In this document: positions 33,364-42,229 of the stretch, piece after piece
Numbering within the stretch: the first letter of the stretch is position 1
Layout: each line of letters begins with the position of its first letter
Source of the DNA: an uncultured delta proteobacterium
Lineage (GTDB): Bacteria; Desulfobacterota; Binatia; JACPRU01
Assembly: GCA_963745025.1 (NCBI GenBank)
Contig: CAVUWD010000014.1
Location: forward strand, 160,001 to 224,000
DNA length: 64,000 bases
Direction of reading: 5' to 3'
Translations under genes and position numbers: made by a program
The notes under the pieces: model-generated
The model's input: the letters and a program-made list of their open reading frames with translations, nothing else
Database searches by the model: none
What the model was told of the DNA's origin: nothing

Positions 33364-36300
33364 AGCCGCGAAGCGGGGCTACCTTGGTAGGTTGGATGGG
33401 CGGAGACGAGGTCGCGACCAACGGGAGCGATCTAACGACGAACTCCCCCAGGGACGGGGGAGCGGTCGGTGGTAGCGGTGGGGTTCCCGCGAAGCACGAG
33501 CGTCCCATGCCGCGAAGCGGGGCCAGGGACGGGGGAGGCGCTGGTGGCAGCGGCGGGGTTCCTGCGGAGCAGGAGCGTCCCAGAACGCGTATGCGCTATT
33601 GGCGGAGCCTCGCCGAGCTCGAGAGCGACCCGGAGTTCCGCACCGCCGCGGGCCGCGAGTTTCCGGAGGGGGCCGCCGATCCGCCCGATGGCATCACGCG
33701 CCGGACGATGTTGCAGCTGATGGGTGCGTCGCTCTCGCTCGCGGGTCTCGCCGCGTGCCGACGGCCGGTCGATGCGATCGTTCCCTACGTGAACGCCCCG
33801 GAGGGGATCGTTCCTGGCGTGCCGCTCCGCTACGCGACGACGATGCCGTTCGGCGTCAACGCGCTCGGCCTCGTCGTCGAGAGCCACGAGGGGCGGCCGA
33901 CCAAGATCGAAGGAAACGAGCTCCATCCCTCGTCGCTCGGCGCGGCCAGCGCCTGGACGCAGGCTGCGATCTTCGATCTGTACGATCCCGACCGCGCACG
34001 CGCCTTCCTCTACCAGAACTTCGAATCCACTTGGGCGAAGTTCGTCGCGTACTGGAAACAAATCCACGAGGCTCTGGCCGCGGATCAGGGAGCGAGCCTC
34101 GCGGTGGTTCTCGAGCCGTCTTCCTCGCCGACCACCGCGCGCCTGGTCGCGGCGCTGAAACGCCGCTTCCCGAGCGCGCGGATCGTCGCGTACGCCCCGC
34201 TCGGCGACGAGAACGTCTACGCGGGCGTCGCGGCGGCGACCGGCGCCCTCTACGAGCCGGTGCATCATTTCGACAAGGCGCGGGTGATCCTCTCGCTCGA
34301 CTGCGATTTCCTGCTCGAGGACCGCGACTCGCTGCGCTACGCGCGCGGCATCGCCGACGGGCGGCGGATGGCGTCGGCGAAGGAGTCGATGAATCGCTCG
34401 TACGTGGTCGAGAGCACGCTGACGATCACCGGCATCGCCGCGGATCATCGGCTGCGGCTCCCGAGCGCTCAGATCGCCGCGTTCACCGCCGCGCTGGCCG
34501 CGGCGCTCGGGGTCGGAGCCGCAGCCGCGCCCGGCGGCGACTTCGATCGGAAATGGCTTCAGGCGCTGGCGCGCGATCTGCAGGCGAACGCGGGAAAGAG
34601 CCTGATCGTCGCCGGCGCCCACCAGCCCGCCGCGGTTCACGCCGCGGTCGCGGCGTTGAACGGCGCGCTCGGCAACGTCGGTGCGACGGTCACCTACGTA
34701 GACGCGAAGGAGACGATGCGCTCGAGCACGGCCGAGCTCGGGCAGCTGGCTGCCGACATGCAGGCGGGCAAGGTGAAGGCGGCGGTCGTCGTGGGCGGCA
34801 ACCCCGTCTACGACGCGCCGGCCGACTTCGAGTTCGGTAAGGCGCTCTCCAAGGTCGAGAAGCGGATTCGCGTCGGCCGCCACGCCGACGAGACGTCCGC
34901 GAAATGCGACTGGCACATTCCCGAGGCGCACTTCCTCGAGTCCTGGGGTGACGTGCGCGCGGTCGGCGGCCCGCTTTCGGTCGTTCAGCCGCTCATCGAG
35001 CCGCTATTCGGCGGCAAGAGCACGATCGAGATACTCGCGCTTCTCGAATCGGCCGAGGAGAAATCCGGCTACGACTTGGTGCGCGAGACCTGGAAGCCCA
35101 TCCTCGGCGCGGATTTCGACCGCAGCTGGAATCGCGTGCTCCACGACGGTCTGCTCAAGGGCAGCGAGCCGTCGCCGGCCGCACCGCGGATCGACGCGAA
35201 GGTGGTCGCGGACCTCGCCAAGAGCCCGCCGGCCCCGAGCGCAGATAGCTTCGAGGTCGTATTTCGCGCGTCCGCCGCGGTCTACGACGGCCGCTACGCC
35301 AACAATGCGTGGCTGCAAGAGCTGCCCGAGCCGGTGAGCAAGCTCACCTGGGACAATGCGGCGATCGTCTCCGCCGACACCGGGCGCGCGCTCGGCGTGA
35401 AGACCGGCGACCTCGTGCGGCTGAAGCTCCGCGACCGCGAGCTCCTCGCTCCGGTGATGATTCTCCCCGGTAACGCCGACCATTCGGTCACGCTGGCTCT
35501 CGGTTACGGCCGAACCGCGGCCGGGAGAGTCGGCAACGGCGTGGGCGTTAATGCCTACGCCCTGCGCATCTCCGCAGCGCCCGGGTTCGCCGTCGGCGCC
35601 GAGCTCGCCAAGGCGGGCGGCACGCACCGGCTCGTCACCACGCACGATCACTGGTCGACCGAGGGCCGCGTGATCGTCCAGGAGGCGGCGCTCGAGGAGT
35701 ACCGCAAGCACCCCGACGTCGCCCATGAGCACGAGGCCGAGGTCCATCCCCAGGAGTCGCTCTGGAAGGAGCGCAAGTCCGAGGGCCCACAGTGGGGGAT
35801 GACGATCGACCTGAACTCCTGCATTGGCTGCAACGCCTGCGTCGTCGCCTGCCAGAGCGAGAACAACATCCCGTCGGTCGGCAAGGACGAGGTCTCGCGC
35901 GGGCGCGAGATGCACTGGATCCGCGTCGATCGGTACTTCGCGGGCACGAAGGAAGACCCCGAGTCGATCGTCTTCCAGCCGGTGCCGTGCCAGCATTGCG
36001 AGAACGCCCCCTGCGAGCAGGTCTGCCCGGTAGCCGCGACCGTTCACGACGAGCAGGGCCTGAACGTCATGGTCTACAACCGCTGCATCGGCACCCGCTA
36101 TTGCTCGAACAACTGCCCTTACAAGGTGCGCCGCTTCAACTTCTACAACCTCACCAAGGACACGCCCGAGATCCTCAAGATGGCGATGAACCCGGACGTG
36201 ACCGTTCGCGCGCGCGGCGTGATGGAGAAGTGCTCGTACTGCGTGCAGCGGATCAACCGCGGCAAGATCGACGCCAAGCTCGCCGGCAAGAACCTCGAGG

Positions 36301-36503
36301 ACGGCGACGTACGAACCGCGTGCCAGCAGACCTGCCCGACGCAGGCGATCACCTTCGGAGACATCCACGATCCGAAGAGCATGGTCTCGACGCTGAAGGG
36401 CTCGGACCGAAACTACACCCTGCTCCCCGAGCTGAACGCCCGCCCGCGCACGACGTATCTGATGCGGCTGCGGAATCCCAACCCGGAGATCGAGAAGTCA
36501 TGA
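33360..36503 (+). CDS. actB: Second ActB (start either the coupled GTG at 33360 or ATG at 33591)
   Basis: [74 protein letters not shown]; intact frame. Confidence 0.95.
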   Translation: MKPRSGATLVGWMGGDEVATNGSDLTTNSPRDGGAVGGSGGVPAKHERPMPRSGARDGGGAGGSGGVPAEQERPRTRMRYWRSLAELESDPEFRTAAGREFPEGAADPPDGITRRTMLQLMGASLSLAGLAACRRPVDAIVPYVNAPEGIVPGVPLRYATTMPFGVNALGLVVESHEGRPTKIEGNELHPSSLGAASAWTQAAIFDLYDPDRARAFLYQNFESTWAKFVAYWKQIHEALAADQGASLAVVLEPSSSPTTARLVAALKRRFPSARIVAYAPLGDENVYAGVAAATGALYEPVHHFDKARVILSLDCDFLLEDRDSLRYARGIADGRRMASAKESMNRSYVVESTLTITGIAADHRLRLPSAQIAAFTAALAAALGVGAAAAPGGDFDRKWLQALARDLQANAGKSLIVAGAHQPAAVHAAVAALNGALGNVGATVTYVDAKETMRSSTAELGQLAADMQAGKVKAAVVVGGNPVYDAPADFEFGKALSKVEKRIRVGRHADETSAKCDWHIPEAHFLESWGDVRAVGGPLSVVQPLIEPLFGGKSTIEILALLESAEEKSGYDLVRETWKPILGADFDRSWNRVLHDGLLKGSEPSPAAPRIDAKVVADLAKSPPAPSADSFEVVFRASAAVYDGRYANNAWLQELPEPVSKLTWDNAAIVSADTGRALGVKTGDLVRLKLRDRELLAPVMILPGNADHSVTLALGYGRTAAGRVGNGVGVNAYALRISAAPGFAVGAELAKAGGTHRLVTTHDHWSTEGRVIVQEAALEEYRKHPDVAHEHEAEVHPQESLWKERKSEGPQWGMTIDLNSCIGCNACVVACQSENNIPSVGKDEVSRGREMHWIRVDRYFAGTKEDPESIVFQPVPCQHCENAPCEQVCPVAATVHDEQGLNVMVYNRCIGTRYCSNNCPYKVRRFNFYNLTKDTPEILKMAMNPDVTVRARGVMEKCSYCVQRINRGKIDAKLAGKNLEDGDVRTACQQTCPTQAITFGDIHDPKSMVSTLKGSDRNYTLLPELNARPRTTYLMRLRNPNPEIEKS
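33449..33595 (+). repeat. Family C palindromic repeat, two tandem copies inside the actB2 5' extension
   Basis: CAGGGACGGGGGAG...GGGGTTCCYGCGRAGCASGAGCGTCCCA at 33449-33507 and 33524-33582. GCCGCGAAGCGGGGC is also duplicated (33365 and 33509). Confidence 0.85.
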
Positions 36504-37291
36504 CGATGACGCTGGGGATTGCTGAGCGCTGGATTTTTCGATCGGCCCGTACTCGGGGCGATCGAAAAATCCAGCCCCCGCGCGGAGCGCGGAATGCGGC
36601 TCTCCCGCGCTCCGCGCGGTTGCGGGCGGTTGCGGTCGACCCGAGTACGGATCGACCGCGACCGCCCGCGCGTTCCGTCTTACCGAAACGTTCGTGGGCA
36701 GAGACTGAGGGGTTACTTCTCCTCGTGTTGCTCTCTTCCGCCGCCGCGGTCGTCAGTCTCGAGGGCTGCATGCGGGGGTGCACCTCGTCGAGCCCGCCGA
36801 TCCATGTGAACTCGAGCATGTTCAATCAACCGAAGTATCGGCCTTATGCGTCGAGCGACTTCTTCTACGACGGCAAGGCGATGCGCGCGCCGGTGCCCGG
36901 CACCATCGCGCGCGGCCATCTGCCCGAAGACGTGGCGCTCGAAACCGGCAAGAACGCCGACGGCTCGCCGCTCGCCACCTCGCCGATCAACGTCGACGAG
37001 GCCCTTCTCTCGCGCGGCCGCGAGCGCTTCGACATCTATTGCAGGCCCTGCCACGACGAGCGCGGCGAGGGCAAAGGCATCCTCTTCCAGCGCGCCAAGG
37101 TGCCGACCGCCAACCTGCTCGAGAAGCGGTTCCGAGAGATGCCCGACGGCACGATCTTCGACACCCTCACCAACGGCAAAGGCCTGATGCCCGCCTACCG
37201 CTACCCCGTCCGCCCCCGGGACCGCTGGGCGATCATCGCCTACGTGCGGAGCCTCCAGAAGGCGGAGACGGAAAGGGAGGCGTCACGGTGA
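36500..37291 (+). CDS. actE: Second ActE-type monoheme cytochrome c lipoprotein with an in-frame repeat insertion in its N-terminus
   Basis: ATGA overlap with the actB stop; LLLLVLLSSAAAVVSLEGC, MFNQPKY, CRPCH, DRWAIIAYVRSLQ. Confidence 0.85.
   Translation: MTMTLGIAERWIFRSARTRGDRKIQPPRGARNAALPRSARLRAVAVDPSTDRPRPPARSVLPKRSWAETEGLLLLVLLSSAAAVVSLEGCMRGCTSSSPPIHVNSSMFNQPKYRPYASSDFFYDGKAMRAPVPGTIARGHLPEDVALETGKNADGSPLATSPINVDEALLSRGRERFDIYCRPCHDERGEGKGILFQRAKVPTANLLEKRFREMPDGTIFDTLTNGKGLMPAYRYPVRPRDRWAIIAYVRSLQKAETEREASR
36525..36716. mobile_element. Three-hairpin palindromic element (family A), copy 2; opposite orientation to copy 1, left end truncated
   Basis: GCTGGATTTTTCGATCG/CGATCGAAAAATCCAGC, CCGCGCGGAGCGCGG/CCGCGCTCCGCGCGG, GCGGGCGGTTGCGGTCGA/TCGACCGCGACCGCCCGC, and tail TTCCGTCTTACCGAAACGTTC...GACTGAGG. 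Confidence 0.8.
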
Positions 37292-39162
37292 ATCGCCGCG
37301 TCCTGATCGGCTTGACGGTCGGCGCCGTGATGCTGGTCGCGGTGACGCTGCGCGTTTGGGTGGCGCTCAACGACCATGCGTACCATCCGCCGATCCGTTC
37401 CACGGAGGTCCAACCCGTGCCCCGCGATCGAGGGATCGCGGACATGCGCAACGCGCAGGAAGAGAAAGCCAAGGCCAAGAAGTACGAGCCGCCGTCCTAC
37501 CGAACCTTCCCCGTCGTCGGCAGCCGCGTGGCCGTTTGGGTGGTCGCCGAGCTGCACCTCATGTTCGCGGCCTTCGTGCTCGCCGTCCCGATGTTCGCCT
37601 TCATCATCGAGCTCATCGGCTACATCACCGGCGACAAGCGCTACGACCGGCTGGCGTTCGAGTTCACCAAGCTCTTGTCGACATCCTTCTCGTTTACGGC
37701 GAGCTTCGGCGGGTTCCTGACCTTCCTGCTGATCATGCTCTACCCGGCCTTCACGAACTATTTGATGGAAGTCTTCTCGCCGACGTTCTTGCCGTACGTC
37801 GGGCTCTTCTTCTTCGAGGCAGGGTTCCTCTACAGCTACTACTACGGCTGGGGAAAGTTTCACCCGCTCGTCCACCTCGGGCTCGGCCTCGGCATCAACG
37901 TCGTCGGTACCCTGATCATGGCGATCGCCAATGCCTGGGCGTCGTTCATGATGACGCCGCAGGGCGTCTCCGACAGCGGAGCGCTCATCGACCTCTACGC
38001 CGCATTCGACAACTACTCGTGGATGCCGATCAACATCCACCGCTTCATCGGCAATATCGCCTTCGGCGGCTCGGTGGCCGCGGCCTACGCGGCCTGGAAG
38101 TTCCTGCACGCCACGAGCGACGAGGAGCGCGCGCATTACGATTGGATGGGCTACATCGGCAACTTCGTTGCGATCAGCGCGTTCCTGCCGCTGCCGTTCG
38201 CCGGCTACTACCTCGCGAAGGAGATTTACGCCTACAACCAGGCGCTCGGCATCATGATGATGGGCGGCGCGTTCTCCTGGCTGTTCATGATCCAGGCGGT
38301 GCTGATCGGCAACCTCTTCCTGGCTGCAAACTACTACCTTTGGCTCGGCATGGGCCGAGTGGAGGGCGTACAGGCGTACCAGAAGTACGTAAAGTACCTG
38401 CTGGCGACGATCGCCGTTTGCTTCGCGGTGTGGGCGACGCCGCGTTCGATCATCGCTACCACCACCGAGATCCGCGCGATGGGCGGCACGCTGCACCCGA
38501 TCCTCGGCTACCTCGGCGTGATGTCGGCGAAGAATACCGCGGTGAACGTGCTGATCCTCACCACCTACGTGAGCTTTCTCTTCTACCGCCGGACCGGCAA
38601 GCGGCCGACGGTGTCGTGGGCCAAGCTCGGCAACCTCGCCCAGTTTCTGATCTTCGCCGCCGCCACGTCGACCGTGATCTTCTACGGCATCTACGGCTAC
38701 TTCGTCGAGGCGGCGGTGCGCATTGGTTTCTCCGTGCCGCAGGTACTGTCGGTGCTCGTGGCGATGGTGGCGATGACGGTGATCGACATCTTCCTGATGC
38801 GAGGCGCCGAGGCCACGGGCGAGACGCACTGGGGCAAGATCCCCGCGATCTCGCAGTACGTTCTGATCTTCATCGCCGTGACGTTCACGTGGCTCATGGG
38901 GCTGATGGGCTATGTCCGCTCGGGCCTCCGCCAACACTGGCACGTGTACGGCGTTTTGCAGGATTCTTCTCCCGATGCCTTCACGCCCACGCTGGGATTC
39001 GCTGCCAACGTCGTCTCGGTCTGCGTGATCCTCTTCTTTGCGCTCATCGCCTTCGTCTTCTGGCTCGCGAGCCTGCACGACAAGAAGGACTGGGGCGGAG
39101 AGCAATCCGACGAGCAGAGTCACGCCGGCCACGCACCGAAGAGGGTGTCGGCGGCCTCATGA
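37288..39162 (+). CDS. Cytochrome bd subunit I (CydA)-like membrane protein, divergent 'bd-like' type
   Basis: LHLMFAAFVL, IANAWASFMMTPQG, NIHRFIGN, LGVMSAK, MGYVRSGLRQHWHVYG (compare CydA GRQPWxVYG). No cydB adjacent. Confidence 0.8.
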   Translation: MNRRVLIGLTVGAVMLVAVTLRVWVALNDHAYHPPIRSTEVQPVPRDRGIADMRNAQEEKAKAKKYEPPSYRTFPVVGSRVAVWVVAELHLMFAAFVLAVPMFAFIIELIGYITGDKRYDRLAFEFTKLLSTSFSFTASFGGFLTFLLIMLYPAFTNYLMEVFSPTFLPYVGLFFFEAGFLYSYYYGWGKFHPLVHLGLGLGINVVGTLIMAIANAWASFMMTPQGVSDSGALIDLYAAFDNYSWMPINIHRFIGNIAFGGSVAAAYAAWKFLHATSDEERAHYDWMGYIGNFVAISAFLPLPFAGYYLAKEIYAYNQALGIMMMGGAFSWLFMIQAVLIGNLFLAANYYLWLGMGRVEGVQAYQKYVKYLLATIAVCFAVWATPRSIIATTTEIRAMGGTLHPILGYLGVMSAKNTAVNVLILTTYVSFLFYRRTGKRPTVSWAKLGNLAQFLIFAAATSTVIFYGIYGYFVEAAVRIGFSVPQVLSVLVAMVAMTVIDIFLMRGAEATGETHWGKIPAISQYVLIFIAVTFTWLMGLMGYVRSGLRQHWHVYGVLQDSSPDAFTPTLGFAANVVSVCVILFFALIAFVFWLASLHDKKDWGGEQSDEQSHAGHAPKRVSAAS

Positions 39163-39653
39163 GATCCCCGGTCGGCGTCAACGTGGTCTTGGTGGTGGTC
39201 GGCACGACGCTCTTCTACACCTACGTCGGCCAGCTCGTGCCGCAAAAGCAGCTGCAGCCGCCGCCGAAGGTCGAGATCACCCAGGACATGACGCCGGCCC
39301 AGCTCGCCAAGATCGGCGACCAGATCGCGCATAGCAAGGGCCTTTGTACGACTTGCCACACGATCGGCAGCAAGGAGGCGACGCTTCGGTTCCCCGATCT
39401 CGCGGGGGTCGCCGAGCGCGCGAAGACACGGGTCGCTGGTTTCGACCAGCTTCAATACTTCGCGCAGACGCTCTGCGACCCGAACGCCTTCATCGTGCCG
39501 GGCTTCACCCCAGGGATGCCGACGATCAACAAGGCGCCGGTCGGGCTCTCCGACGAGGAGCTCCACGCGGTGATCGCCTGGCTGCAGAGCCAGGGTGGGG
39601 AGCCGACGATCACGCTCAAGGAGAAGCTGCCGTACTGCGGAGGAGCGTCGTGA
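39159..39653 (+). CDS. Membrane-anchored monoheme cytochrome c
   Basis: N-terminal TM helix, CTTCH, PNAFIVPGFTPGMP. Confidence 0.88.
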   Translation: MRSPVGVNVVLVVVGTTLFYTYVGQLVPQKQLQPPPKVEITQDMTPAQLAKIGDQIAHSKGLCTTCHTIGSKEATLRFPDLAGVAERAKTRVAGFDQLQYFAQTLCDPNAFIVPGFTPGMPTINKAPVGLSDEELHAVIAWLQSQGGEPTITLKEKLPYCGGAS

Positions 39654-40465
39654 AACTCGCGGTCGTCCTCCCGATCCTTGCGGCGATGGTATTGCTCCGC
39701 CTGCTGCGGGCGGGCGTGCTCCCGTGGATCGTCGCCTGGTGGGTCGGGCTGTACGTCACCTTCAACTACGGCTTCGTGACGCCGATCCCCGCTTCGGCCG
39801 TCCACATCTACATGGCGATCGCGACGCTCGCGCTCTTCGCCTACGCGATGTCGAGCCGCGAGCGCTCGCGCGGAACGTTCGCACCGATCCTCGAGTTCGC
39901 CACCAATCGTCGCTACACGCTGCCGCTCGCCCTGGTCGCGGCCGCGATCCCCGGCCTCGTCGCCTGGGGCGTGTACGCGAGCCTGAGCCAGCCCATCCAG
40001 CCGCCGTTCTTCGGTCGCACGGTGCACCCGTCCCCACCCGCGGACATCTCCTCCCACGGCCAGAAGATCGATCTCCTGCGCGGCGAGGATCCCTTCCGCG
40101 CGCTCGAGAAGACTGACCCGAAGGCGTTCGTGCAGCACGTCGAGAACGGCCGGCGCATTTACTACAGCAATTGCTTCTTCTGCCACGGCGACGCGCTCGG
40201 CGGCGACGGCATGTTCGCCTACGGACTGAGCCCCGTGCCGGCGAATTTCCAGGACTCCGGCGTGCTACCGATGTTCCAGGAGACGTTCTTCTTCTGGAGA
40301 ATCGCCAAGGGCGGCCCCGGCATGCCCGATGAAGGCGCGCCGGGTGACTCGGCCATGCCCGAGTGGGAACGCTTCCTTACCAACGACCAGATCTGGGAAG
40401 TGATTCTCTTTCTCTACAGCGACACGGGGTATCGGCCGCGCTCCTGGGAAGAGGCGGCCAAGTGA
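39650..40465 (+). CDS. Multi-TM membrane protein with C-terminal cytochrome c
   Basis: Several N-terminal hydrophobic helices, RTVHPSPP, CFFCHG, FWRIAKGGPG.P, SAMP.WE. Confidence 0.88.
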   Translation: MKLAVVLPILAAMVLLRLLRAGVLPWIVAWWVGLYVTFNYGFVTPIPASAVHIYMAIATLALFAYAMSSRERSRGTFAPILEFATNRRYTLPLALVAAAIPGLVAWGVYASLSQPIQPPFFGRTVHPSPPADISSHGQKIDLLRGEDPFRALEKTDPKAFVQHVENGRRIYYSNCFFCHGDALGGDGMFAYGLSPVPANFQDSGVLPMFQETFFFWRIAKGGPGMPDEGAPGDSAMPEWERFLTNDQIWEVILFLYSDTGYRPRSWEEAAK

Positions 40466-42216
40466 GACGCATCCGCGTTCTGGGACGCTCCTGCTTCGCA
40501 GGAACCCCACCCTCCTCCGCCCCTCCCCCGTCCCTGACCCGCAAGGTGTGCGGCTTCCTCTCGAGTCTCTCCCTTGCGGCGTCGCTCGCCGCGTCGGCGG
40601 CGCTGGCCGCCGCACCCGCGCCCGATGTCGGCACCGACGCCCAACGCGAGGCCGGAAAGAAGCTCTACGCGGTCAATTGCGCGCAGTGCCACGGGGAAAA
40701 GGGCGACGGCGAGGGAATCGCCACGCCCTTCGTCCTGCCGAAGCCGCGCGACTTCACCTCCGGCAAGTTCAAGATCCGCACAACGCCGAGTGGCGCGCTG
40801 CCGACCACGCAGGACCTGAAGAACATCATCCGCGCAGGCATGCCGTACACCGCGATGCCCGCGTGGCCGCAGTTCAACGAACAGCAGCTCACCGACCTCG
40901 TGTACTACGTGAAATCATTCGCCCCCGATTTCGCCAAGGCCGAGCGACAGGCGGAGCCGATCCCGATCCCCCCCGCTCCAGCGCTCGGCAAGGATTCGAT
41001 CGAGAAGGGCAAGAAGCTCTACGCGGATCTCGGCTGCGCGCGTTGCCACGGCGACCTCGGCCGTACCGACGGCATCTCCGCGCCGACGCTGAAGGACGAC
41101 TGGGGGAACACCATCCGCACGGCCGACCTCACTCGCCGCTGGACGTTTCGCGGCGGGCCGAAGCGCGAGGACATCTTCCGCGCGTTCTCGACCGGCCTCA
41201 ACGGAACGCCGATGCCGTCGTTCGTCGACGCGCTTTCGCTCGAACAGCGCTGGGATCTCGCGAACTACACCTACTCGCTGTCGGAGAGCGACACGCCGAG
41301 CTACGCGACGGTCGTGATGGCGAAGAAGGTCCGGAAAGAGATCGATGCGAACGATGCGAAGCTCTTCGAGGACACGGAAGCGGCGTACTTTCCGGTGATC
41401 GGTCAGATCGTCCAGCCCGGCCGCGAGTTCCATCCGCCGTGCAATGGCATCTCGGTTCGCACGGTTTACAACGAGACCGACATCGCCTTCGAGCTCACGT
41501 GGCACGACATGCGGGCGGAGACGAGCGGCAAGAACGGTCCGGAGATCGCCGTGCCGGCCGCCGAGGACGAAGGCGAGAAGCCCGCCGCGAAGCCGGCGGT
41601 CGAGGGTGGCGGAAACGTCTGGGGCGAAGAGGAGCAAGCCGCTCCGGCTGCGAAGTCCGAAGGCAGCGTCTGGGGAGAGGAAGAAGCCGGCGCCGGCGCT
41701 CCCGCGGTTGCAGCGAGCGAGTTCTCCGACGCGGTGGCGATTCAGCTTCCGGTCGCGCTCCCGACGACGATCCGCAAGCCCTACTTCATCTTCGGCGACA
41801 AAGGGAACCCGGTGAACCTCTGGTTCGCCGACCTCGCCAAGAAACCGGCTGGCCTGTACCTGGCTCAAGGCAGCGACAGCCTCGAAGCGCTCGGGCCGCG
41901 CAAGCTCGAGGTCGCGAGCCACTACGACAAGGGCGAATGGCGAGTCGTTTTCAAACGCCCGCTGCGCAGCCAAGGCGAGATCAGCTTCGAGGAAGGCGCG
42001 TTCATCCCGGTCGCCTTCTCGTTGTGGGACGGTCTCGCCCGCGAGCGCGGCAACAAGCGCGCGCTCACCAACTGGTGGACGGTGTACCTGTCGCCCGCCG
42101 AGAAGCAGTCGCCTGCGGGTCAGATGGCCAAGTGGGCGGTCGCCGCATTCGCGCTCGAGCTCGTGTTCATCGGCTGGGCGCGGCGTCGGGCGCACCGTTC
42201 GACCGGAGCGACGTGA
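40462..42216 (+). CDS. Diheme cytochrome c fused to an ethylbenzene-dehydrogenase gamma-like (EB_dh/DOMON heme b) domain, C-terminal TM anchor
   Basis: CAQCH, CARCH, PRDFTSG.FK, FSDAVAIQLP, KPYFIFGD, GEWRVVFKRPL, VAFSLWDG..RERGNKR. Confidence 0.85.
   Translation: MRRIRVLGRSCFAGTPPSSAPPPSLTRKVCGFLSSLSLAASLAASAALAAAPAPDVGTDAQREAGKKLYAVNCAQCHGEKGDGEGIATPFVLPKPRDFTSGKFKIRTTPSGALPTTQDLKNIIRAGMPYTAMPAWPQFNEQQLTDLVYYVKSFAPDFAKAERQAEPIPIPPAPALGKDSIEKGKKLYADLGCARCHGDLGRTDGISAPTLKDDWGNTIRTADLTRRWTFRGGPKREDIFRAFSTGLNGTPMPSFVDALSLEQRWDLANYTYSLSESDTPSYATVVMAKKVRKEIDANDAKLFEDTEAAYFPVIGQIVQPGREFHPPCNGISVRTVYNETDIAFELTWHDMRAETSGKNGPEIAVPAAEDEGEKPAAKPAVEGGGNVWGEEEQAAPAAKSEGSVWGEEEAGAGAPAVAASEFSDAVAIQLPVALPTTIRKPYFIFGDKGNPVNLWFADLAKKPAGLYLAQGSDSLEALGPRKLEVASHYDKGEWRVVFKRPLRSQGEISFEEGAFIPVAFSLWDGLARERGNKRALTNWWTVYLSPAEKQSPAGQMAKWAVAAFALELVFIGWARRRAHRSTGAT
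40468..40536 (-). repeat. Family C palindromic repeat, inverted copy inside the 5' end of the EB_dh cytochrome gene
   Basis: Reverse complement CAGGGACGGGGGAG...GGGGTTCCTGCGAAGCAGGAGCGTCCCAGAACGCGGATGCG matches 33524-33595. Confidence 0.85.
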
Positions 42217-42229
42217 TTTGGAGGAAGCA

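Noticed and set aside
33360-36503. ActB as an active molybdoenzyme (nitrite oxidoreductase or polysulfide reductase alpha subunit)
   Set aside because: Motifs and context match ACIII ActB, which is known to lack the molybdenum cofactor.
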